The translations under genes and the position numbers were made by a program. This document shows positions 1 to 6,751 of a stretch of DNA of 64,000 nt, one piece after another. Origin of the DNA: Balneolales bacterium. GTDB taxonomy: Bacteria > Bacteroidota > Rhodothermia > Balneolales > HLUCCA01. A model generated the notes under the pieces. That model was not told the origin of the DNA. It did no database searches and saw nothing but the letters and a program-made list of their open reading frames with translations. The stretch's first letter is position 1. Every line of letters begins with the position of its first letter. The DNA is taken from positions 209,870-273,869 of the forward strand of contig JBGTBY010000035.1 of assembly GCA_041749075.1 (NCBI GenBank). The letters run 5' to 3'.

Positions 1-925
1 GACAGACCAACGCACGATCCAGATCCTCTTGAAAGACGGCATCCGCTTCTTTCTTCATCCGTTTGAAATCATCCTCCGTAGCCCAACCTTTTTCTATCAA
101 GAAGGATTCCAGACGCAGGATAGGATCTTTCAGCGCCCATTGTTCGAACAGTTCTTTTGGAACGTACGCCGTTCCCGACGCTTCTTCATGTCCACGCATC
201 CGGAATGTTTTGGCTTCAACCAGTACAGGCGTGCCGGATAGAGCGATTTTACGAGCTTCAGACATCGTATGGATGACATCCGACACATCATTTCCATCCA
301 TAATGAACGATGGAATACCATATCCGATGGCCCGATCGGCAATGTGTTCACAAGCGAACTGCTCCCGACTCGGCGTGGATAGTCCATAGCCGTTGTTCTC
401 GACCAAAAAGATGACGGGAAGCTTCCAGACAGCCGCCAAATTCATGGCTTCGTGCATTTCGCCCTCGCTCGTACCGCCTTCGCCACTGAACGAGATCACC
501 ACATGATCTTCGCCACGGAGTTTTGCGGCAAGAGCATAACCGTCCGCAACGGGCACCATCGCGCCCAGATGCGAAATCATGCCGATGATGTTGTAATCCG
601 GTATCCCAAAATGAAAGGAGCGTTCGCGACCTTCGGTGAATCCATCGCGCTTGCCGAATAATTGACAGAACAGGGGATACCAAGGCACATTCCGAGTCGT
701 GAATACACCAAGATTACGGTGCATCGTGAATAAGGTGTCTGTCGGACGCATCGCATAGGCGGTTCCTACCGATATGGCTTCTTGGCCCATACCCGAGAAC
801 CATTTCGCGATTTTATTCTGCCGCAACAACTTAAGCATCCGCTCTTCGACTCGTCGGGGGAGGATCAGCGATTTGTATAGACTCAGTGCGTGTTCAGGTG
901 AAAAAAAATGATCCGGATACCGCAT
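1..925 (-). CDS. Thiamine-diphosphate-dependent 2-oxoacid dehydrogenase E1 component, alpha subunit/domain (C-terminal part lies beyond the window start)
   Basis: Absent from the ORF track because the frame stays open to the window edge. My reverse-strand translation from ATG (925-923) reads MRYPDHFFSPEHALSLYKSLILPRRVEERMLKLLRQNKIAKWFSGMGQEA...FSGEGGTSEGEMHEAMNLAAVWKLPVIFLVENNGYGLSTP...AKTFRMRGHEEASG. It has the G-E-G-X26-NN ThDP-binding motif with E1-alpha-type flanks. The substrate cannot be assigned. Confidence 0.8.
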   Translation of the reverse strand, partial: MRYPDHFFSPEHALSLYKSLILPRRVEERMLKLLRQNKIAKWFSGMGQEAISVGTAYAMRPTDTLFTMHRNLGVFTTRNVPWYPLFCQLFGKRDGFTEGRERSFHFGIPDYNIIGMISHLGAMVPVADGYALAAKLRGEDHVVISFSGEGGTSEGEMHEAMNLAAVWKLPVIFLVENNGYGLSTPSREQFACEHIADRAIGYGIPSFIMDGNDVSDVIHTMSEARKIALSGTPVLVEAKTFRMRGHEEASGTAYVPKELFEQWALKDPILRLESFLIEKGWATEDDFKRMKKEADAVFQEDLDRALVC

Positions 926-1273
926 ATCGCAGGCGAAAAAATGATATATTTATGATTCTGTTATGCAAAAAACCCTTTGTGCTAATGCTGACAGGGTAGG
1001 TCTCTGAAAATACCGCTAATCCGCCCAAGGGAATACGGTAAACTTCAAAAGTTCCTATCTTTCACCCGTTAACATCCTTGTACGTTTTAAGCTGGAATAG
1101 AGACGAGAATTGAACATTTATGCTTGTTCTTTACTGACTGCAGTAACTAATACGGCCCCTGCCCATTGCGACTCGCTTTTACATGGCTCTGACATGTCAA
1201 AGGGGTTGCAATTTTCGTTTTCAGCCGTCCGGTTGAATCACCTCCATTCATCCTCTAATCCTGGGAAGGGTCT

Positions 1274-1687
1274 ATGAAAGCACTTGGAAGACAAATCCTG
1301 GTAGAATATTATGATTGCGATCCTGACGTCTTGAACGATGTCTTGGCGATCGAAACGATTTTGCTTGGCGCAACCCGCGCATCGCAAGCGAGCATCATCT
1401 CTCATAATTTTCATAAGTTCAGTCCGCACGGAGTGAGTGGAACCGTCGTCATCGCGGAATCGCATGTCGCCATCCACACTTGGCCTGAGTACGCCTATGC
1501 CGCCGTCGATATCTTCACCTGTGGAGAGACAATCGACCCATGGGTAATCCAGGAGTACATCAAAGACGCATTCCGCTCCAAGAACATTTCCAGCATGGAA
1601 ATGAAACGCGGTCTGTTCAAAGTGGGTCCTGGCGAGGAGTTGCTCTTCAAGCCGAAGGATGCCGGTAAACTCAACGTGCTGAATTAA
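1274..1687 (+). CDS. speH: S-adenosylmethionine decarboxylase proenzyme (small class-1 pyruvoyl enzyme)
   Basis: 137 aa. ...GTVVIAESHVAIHTWPEY... carries the Glu-Ser autoprocessing site and the HTWPE signature. It is the first gene of a speH-pdaD-speE run. Confidence 0.92.
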   Translation: MKALGRQILVEYYDCDPDVLNDVLAIETILLGATRASQASIISHNFHKFSPHGVSGTVVIAESHVAIHTWPEYAYAAVDIFTCGETIDPWVIQEYIKDAFRSKNISSMEMKRGLFKVGPGEELLFKPKDAGKLNVLN

Positions 1688-1727
1688 GCCGTTGCCTTCG
1701 TTCATCATTTCTACCTGATACATCGAC

Positions 1728-2222
1728 ATGTCCAATTCACGTCTCGGGGGACCTATGGTCGCCACCCCAAATATCTACAAACTCGTTAAAGGCTCCGGCG
1801 AAGGCCGCATGCCCTTGAACGCATTCGATCAAGCCCTTTTAAATGCCGGTGTTGGCGATACCAACTTGGTTCGCATGAGTTCCATCGTGCCTCCGGGTGC
1901 AGAGGAAGTCAACGACATCCTGCTTCCGAAAGGTGGATTGATCCCGATCGCTTATGCCACGTTATCATCCACAACTCCAGGTGAAATCCTTTCCGCTGCC
2001 ATCGCTGTCGGCATTCCGGAAGACCCGAACGAGCCTGGTGTGATCATGGAATTCGAAGATTTCCGTCCGCTAAGCTACGTGGAAGAGACCGTCCGCCAAA
2101 TGGTTGTCGATGGATTTGAATACCGCAACCGCAAGCTGAAATCCGTCAAATCGCTCGGTATCGAGCATATCACCATCAAAAACGGCTCCGTGTTCGCGGC
2201 GGCCGTACTGTGGTACAAATAA
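1728..2222 (+). CDS. pdaD: Pyruvoyl-dependent arginine decarboxylase
   Basis: 164 aa. GSGEGRMPLNAFDQALLNAGVGDTNLVRMSSIVPPGAE (Ser-Ser self-cleavage site) and the C-terminal ...VFAAAVLWYK match the archaeal PdaD pattern as I recall it. Confidence 0.9.
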   Translation: MSNSRLGGPMVATPNIYKLVKGSGEGRMPLNAFDQALLNAGVGDTNLVRMSSIVPPGAEEVNDILLPKGGLIPIAYATLSSTTPGEILSAAIAVGIPEDPNEPGVIMEFEDFRPLSYVEETVRQMVVDGFEYRNRKLKSVKSLGIEHITIKNGSVFAAAVLWYK

Positions 2223-2224
2223 TC

Positions 2225-3076
2225 ATGGCGTTTCAGTATCTCGAATATTACAACGGCACCACCGGACTCTCCGTCGGTGTGAACCGTGTACTCTTTTCCG
2301 AGCAGACTCCGTTTCAAAAGGTGGAGGTCTATGAAACCGATACCTGGGGCAATCTCATGACCATCGACGGTATGGTGATGCTCTCGGAAAAAGACGAATT
2401 CGTCTATCACGAGATGATTGCGCATGTGGCCTGCTTCAGTCATCCGAATCCCAAAAGGGTTCTGATCATCGGTGGCGGTGATGGCGGCACGGCACGCGAA
2501 GTGCTTCGTCACACATCGGTTGAGCATGTGGACATGGTGGAGATTGATGAAGCCGTTGTGCGCGCATCCAAACTTCACATGCCAGATGTGGGCGCCTTCG
2601 ACGATCCAAGGCTTCATGTCTTGTATGAGAATGGCCTCACGTTTGTCAATGATGTACCCAACAAATATGATGTGATCATTATTGACGGATCCGATCCAGT
2701 CGGACCAGCCGTCGATCTGTTCAAGCAGGAATTCTATGACAAATGTTATGCCGCGCTGAATGAAAACGGCGTGCTGACAGGTCAGACCGAATCACCATGG
2801 GTTGAGCACTACCACGAAAGCATGAAATCGGTGTTCACGGCATTGAAGAATGCGTTTCCGGTACAGAAACTGTACTTGGCCTTCATCCCGCTGTACCCGA
2901 CAGGCATGTGGTCGATGGCCTTCGCCAGCAAAGGGATCGATCCTTTATCGCCTGAGGTGATGGCTCGCATTCATGCCGGAATCGGCGCGTTCGACGAGCA
3001 TCTGAAGTATTACACTCCGGATGTGCACACCGCAAGTTTTGCATTACCCAAATTTGTGCGTAGCGTGATCGAGTGA
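2225..3076 (+). CDS. speE: Spermidine synthase-like aminopropyltransferase
   Basis: ...FQKVEVYETDTWGNLMTIDGMVMLSEKDEFVYHEM..., VLIIGGGDGGTAREVLRH and IIIDGSDPVGPA are PABS-fold motifs. I chose the ATG at 2225 (3 nt after the pdaD stop) over the ORF-track start at 2210. Confidence 0.9.
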   Translation: MAFQYLEYYNGTTGLSVGVNRVLFSEQTPFQKVEVYETDTWGNLMTIDGMVMLSEKDEFVYHEMIAHVACFSHPNPKRVLIIGGGDGGTAREVLRHTSVEHVDMVEIDEAVVRASKLHMPDVGAFDDPRLHVLYENGLTFVNDVPNKYDVIIIDGSDPVGPAVDLFKQEFYDKCYAALNENGVLTGQTESPWVEHYHESMKSVFTALKNAFPVQKLYLAFIPLYPTGMWSMAFASKGIDPLSPEVMARIHAGIGAFDEHLKYYTPDVHTASFALPKFVRSVIE

Positions 3077-4398
3077 TTTCACTCGTCATCCTGCTCCTAC
3101 AAATAACCTTCGGCGACATCCGAATCCACTCGGATGACAGCCAACTATCGACCTATGAGGCGGTTGAACGGCCCGTCGGACTCTACTCCGACGAGGCTTT
3201 CGCCCTCTACACAGACCGTCTCAAATCTCAGCTCGACGACAACGGCTATTGGTATGCCGACATCTCCATCCTTCGAGCGGAAATTGATTCATCCACATCC
3301 CGAATCCATATTGATTTGCGGATCAATGCCAAAGAACAGGTCCGAATCGGCTTTCTGAAATTGGATGGAGCCAAAATCGTTAAAGAAGATTATGTGCTTC
3401 GGGTGATGCGGTTTGAATCTGACAAGCCGGCTACACGCGCCGAATTGGTGCGACTCCAAGGCCGAATCCAGCAAACGGGCTACTATCGGACCATCGACGA
3501 TCCGAGGCTCATCACAATAGGGGATGAAGATGGAGTCCTATTCAAGGTAGTTGAGCGTTCGCAAAGCCGGACAGATGTCTTACTGGGATATACCCGGAAT
3601 GAATTGATCGGTCAGGTCGATCTGCAATTTCGCCATTTGTTCTCACCCGGATCTCGATTTGATGTCAAATTTGAACGAATGCAGCCCTTGCAGACGCGCT
3701 TGGTGTCGGAGATCGGATATCGGAATCTGTACGGCGGTCTCCGGCTTTATCAGCAAGATTCCACGTATTTCAGTCGAAGTTGGACGCTCGGCGCCGATTT
3801 GGATCTCGACGCGTCGTATTCCATCGGTGCATGGGTTGAACAGCAGGTAACATCTGTTGGAACGGCGCCGGCTTCGCTGAACATATCCGATGGATCGAGA
3901 TTTCTAACCGGACTCCGGATGCGGTGGACTTCGATTCAAGGTAGCAACGCCATCGTTTCCGCTGGAACGGGCTTTCGTGACGGCAATCGTGTGAATACAG
4001 GCGAGATCGGATGGATGATGTTACGACCTACATCTGGTAGAATCGTTTGGGTGTGGATGGGGGAGGCCGGAGCTCAAGTGTCGAGCGTCGATGTTGCGCC
4101 CGATAACCAATACCGATTTGGTGGAGCGTTAAGCTTTCGAGGGTATCGGGAAGATGAATTGCAAGCTCAGCGATTCCTATGGACTGAATTGGAAAGTCGT
4201 TATCGATTGGATTCCGAAACCTATGCGTTTCTGTTTGTTGGAGCCGCAAGTACCCCGATTCGAAACTCCCTGATCAACGGCGGAATCGGTTTTTCATATG
4301 ACACACGATTGGGTCCGTTGCGGTTCACCTATGCCGGATCCTCAGATCGGGGAATCCTGCAAGGCGTTGTGCATTTCAGTCTGTCCAGCGGGTTATAG
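3073..4398 (+). CDS. Omp85/BamA-TamA-family outer-membrane protein (POTRA-like repeats plus beta-barrel)
   Basis: 441 aa. The GTG start overlaps the speE stop (GTGA). The N-terminal half has POTRA-like units (..RIHIDLRINAKEQVRIGFLKLDG.., ..GVLFKVVERSQSRTDVLLGYT..). The C-terminal half has an alternating beta-strand pattern (..FRGYREDEL.., ..GIGFSYDTRLGPLRFTYA..GVVHFSLSSGL). The N-terminus is a weak signal peptide. Confidence 0.6.
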   Translation: MISLVILLLQITFGDIRIHSDDSQLSTYEAVERPVGLYSDEAFALYTDRLKSQLDDNGYWYADISILRAEIDSSTSRIHIDLRINAKEQVRIGFLKLDGAKIVKEDYVLRVMRFESDKPATRAELVRLQGRIQQTGYYRTIDDPRLITIGDEDGVLFKVVERSQSRTDVLLGYTRNELIGQVDLQFRHLFSPGSRFDVKFERMQPLQTRLVSEIGYRNLYGGLRLYQQDSTYFSRSWTLGADLDLDASYSIGAWVEQQVTSVGTAPASLNISDGSRFLTGLRMRWTSIQGSNAIVSAGTGFRDGNRVNTGEIGWMMLRPTSGRIVWVWMGEAGAQVSSVDVAPDNQYRFGGALSFRGYREDELQAQRFLWTELESRYRLDSETYAFLFVGAASTPIRNSLINGGIGFSYDTRLGPLRFTYAGSSDRGILQGVVHFSLSSGL

Positions 4399-5407
4399 CC
4401 ACATCCACCGCCCATACGACCGCGATGATGGCCAGCATCACCGGTAGAGCGACAACCGGATTCCAGATCAGAAATCCACCGATCGTACCGAGAATGGCAC
4501 CCAGATATTGAATGTAACGCAGCTGATCGAGCGTGGCGTCTTTGATGAGCGACTCAAGACGACCCTCATCATAATTCCGCAAGTTATTGGCCATGAGCGA
4601 TTTAAGATCGAGGCGCATCATGATGTCGTACACACTATCGATAAGTCGCTTTTCGACATCGACGAACTGAAGACTGACTTCATCCGGCAGGCTATCGAGC
4701 CAATCATGCACCTTCACCAAATGCGGTTCGACGAGCTCCGGGAGATTAAGTAGAGCCTTATCCACGATTTTATTCCAATGCTCCGTACGGGTTTTCTTGT
4801 ACACGCTGAACGCCATACGCTCCAAACGTGAGTCGGAGACGGATTCTTCCACATGCTCCATCAGACCGGTCGCGATGTCTTTGCGAAAATCCTCATCCGC
4901 CACCACATCCCGTATCTGTTGCAGGATGAACTCATTCAAGTCGATGCGAAACGCATCTTGTTGTACGATGGCACGGGTTTGCTCGGTGATGCGACCCAGA
5001 TAGTCGGCAAATACGCCTGAGGTCACCAACTTCGCGCGAATCGCTTCTGGATTGATCAGATTCTGAACCACGGCTTGCGACAATTTCTCGACGATGCGTT
5101 CTTTTTGAGCCGGAATCAGTCCGTGGCCGAGCAGCGGACGCTTGTAACGAGGCCGAAACAGCATGGTGATGGCCAACCAGTTCGTTCCGAATCCGATCAA
5201 TCCGCTGACGGATAAGATGCGGATCAGCGCATCATGATCCCAAAAAAACGATATCAGGAAGGATGCGGCCAGAATCGGGGGGATCGCCTCTAACCAAGAT
5301 TTCCTTGCGTGTGCGACAGGTGCCGGCGAGGCAACCAGAAGCGTGGGTTGTGGCGGGACCGCAGGTGGAGTGTGCTTGCGGATGAGATCGAGAACGGAAC
5401 GGATCAT
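4376..5407 (-). CDS. DUF445 (YheB-like) membrane protein
   Basis: 343 aa. ..GLIGFGTNWLAITMLFRPRYKRPLLGHGLIPAQKERI.. matches the TNxLAxxMLFRP core of DUF445. There is a C-terminal TM helix. The 3' end overlaps the convergent Omp85 gene by 23 nt. Confidence 0.6.
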   Translation of the reverse strand: MIRSVLDLIRKHTPPAVPPQPTLLVASPAPVAHARKSWLEAIPPILAASFLISFFWDHDALIRILSVSGLIGFGTNWLAITMLFRPRYKRPLLGHGLIPAQKERIVEKLSQAVVQNLINPEAIRAKLVTSGVFADYLGRITEQTRAIVQQDAFRIDLNEFILQQIRDVVADEDFRKDIATGLMEHVEESVSDSRLERMAFSVYKKTRTEHWNKIVDKALLNLPELVEPHLVKVHDWLDSLPDEVSLQFVDVEKRLIDSVYDIMMRLDLKSLMANNLRNYDEGRLESLIKDATLDQLRYIQYLGAILGTIGGFLIWNPVVALPVMLAIIAVVWAVDVAITRWTD

Positions 5408-5423
5408 GGAGTGTCCGTACGGA

Positions 5424-5834
5424 CTAATGGATCGTCTCGTTGCCGCTCAGAGAGGTTCCTTTGTCGAACAACACTTCAACCACAATGGCTTTGATTTTGT
5501 CCAGTGGGGCGCGTTCCAAAGATTGGAACATCACTTTTTCAATGACTTTTTCAAGTCCCAGCGCATCCAGCACGCCCAGATTCACAAGATCCAACAAATA
5601 ACCATAGGCGGCGGGGGAGATCATCATCCGCTCGGCAAAATGAAGCACGCGAGGGGATGGGGAGCCGGCGATGGTCGGATATTTCTGCAGAATCCAAGAA
5701 TAGGCCGCACTCAGTTGCGAGGGGTTGTAACCGGAAACGGATTCTTCAGGGAGAGTCGTCAGGTCTTCACCAATTTGAAGACGTTTGACCAACACCACAA
5801 TCAGATCGATAATATGTTGTTGTGAACTAGCCAA
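5424..5834 (-). CDS. smg: Smg-like protein (DUF494)
   Basis: 136 aa. The overall pattern (..YSWILQK.., ..RVLHFAERMMISPAAYGYLLDLVNLGVLD.., ..LDKIKAIVVEVLFD..) resembles Smg/DUF494 as I recall it. Confidence 0.5.
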   Translation of the reverse strand: MASSQQHIIDLIVVLVKRLQIGEDLTTLPEESVSGYNPSQLSAAYSWILQKYPTIAGSPSPRVLHFAERMMISPAAYGYLLDLVNLGVLDALGLEKVIEKVMFQSLERAPLDKIKAIVVEVLFDKGTSLSGNETIH

Positions 5835-6276
5835 TGGAGCTGAGGTAGAGGTCTTCTTTTTGGGTCATCAAGGCTTTGTCGGCTGGTGTGCCATCGTTCA
5901 ACCCACACACATGGAGCAAGCCATGAATCAACACGCGGGAATATTCTTGTATTACGGGAACACCCAATTCATGGGCTTGTTCTTCGATACGCGATGCGCA
6001 CATCACCAAAGAGCCTTCCAGATTGTCTTTGGCACCTTCGTCGTGGTAATGAAACGAAATGATATCGGTGACATAATCGCGCTGAAGATGATTCTTATTC
6101 ACATCCAGAATCTCGTTTTCGTCCACATAAACGAGTTCGACCATTGAGAAGGAGACGCCTTCGCCCGTACTCACCGCATTGATGCAGGCTAGGGCGGTGG
6201 ATTCGGTTACAGGAATGTCCTGACCCGAGTCGTTGATCAGGTCGAGTTCGGTTCCGGCTCCGGGGTTAGTCGTCAA
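5827..6276 (-). CDS. ybeY: rRNA maturation endoribonuclease YbeY
   Basis: 149 aa. ..LIHGLLHVCGLNDGTP.. is the H-G-x-L-H-x-x-G metal-binding motif, with Asp at the third ligand position as in FCB-group YbeY. It overlaps smg by 8 nt. Confidence 0.88.
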   Translation of the reverse strand: MTTNPGAGTELDLINDSGQDIPVTESTALACINAVSTGEGVSFSMVELVYVDENEILDVNKNHLQRDYVTDIISFHYHDEGAKDNLEGSLVMCASRIEEQAHELGVPVIQEYSRVLIHGLLHVCGLNDGTPADKALMTQKEDLYLSSIG

Positions 6277-6721
6277 AAGTGAATCCTTCGAAATCTATGG
6301 TATCTGTGAGGGAAAGGGCCACGCTGCTCATCATGAGCTCGGGCGCGATTTTGGTGAAATCACCACGTAGGATGGAATCTTCGACATTGGCATACAGACT
6401 GCAACCGGCTTGTTTCTCAACAATGAGGCCGCTTGTGAGTCCGTTCTGTTTGCCGAAGAATGTGACTTGCTCGAGGAGATCGCTGGTCAAAAACCCATTG
6501 CAATTTTGAAGTTGCAAAAACGCGCTTGCCGAATAAACGGAGACCATGTTTGTAAGGAGTCCGTCCACTTCGATATCCAGGTGGATTTCAAGAGCGAGCT
6601 TGCGGTTGGTTTCGGCATCTTTGATTTCGAAACGTACCGTGTTGCCCGAAGTCTTGGCTTCCACATTGAACAACGAGGTCAAATTTTCGATGATCGATTC
6701 GCGATTCAGTTCCTGTATCAT
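6266..6721 (-). CDS. Hypothetical acidic cytoplasmic protein
   Basis: 151 aa with no recognisable motif. It has an acidic C-terminus (..DTIDFEGFTFDD). Its 3' end overlaps the ybeY start by 11 nt, and it lies 30 nt downstream of the DUF2723 gene. Confidence 0.55.
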   Translation of the reverse strand: MIQELNRESIIENLTSLFNVEAKTSGNTVRFEIKDAETNRKLALEIHLDIEVDGLLTNMVSVYSASAFLQLQNCNGFLTSDLLEQVTFFGKQNGLTSGLIVEKQAGCSLYANVEDSILRGDFTKIAPELMMSSVALSLTDTIDFEGFTFDD

Positions 6722-6751
6722 GGTTCGAATATAGGCATGAAATGGGTGGTT

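Noticed and set aside
901-908. A8/T8 homopolymer in codons 6-9 of the E1 gene, considered as a slipped-strand phase-variation site
   Set aside because: Eight nucleotides is short for phase variation. It encodes an unremarkable His-Phe-Phe-Ser in a housekeeping enzyme, and there is no second tract or associated contingency locus.
1226-1245. GGTTGAATC..CC resembling a tRNA T-arm in the large intergenic gap
   Set aside because: C56 of the T-loop is replaced. No acceptor, D or anticodon stems can be drawn around it, so it is not a tRNA.
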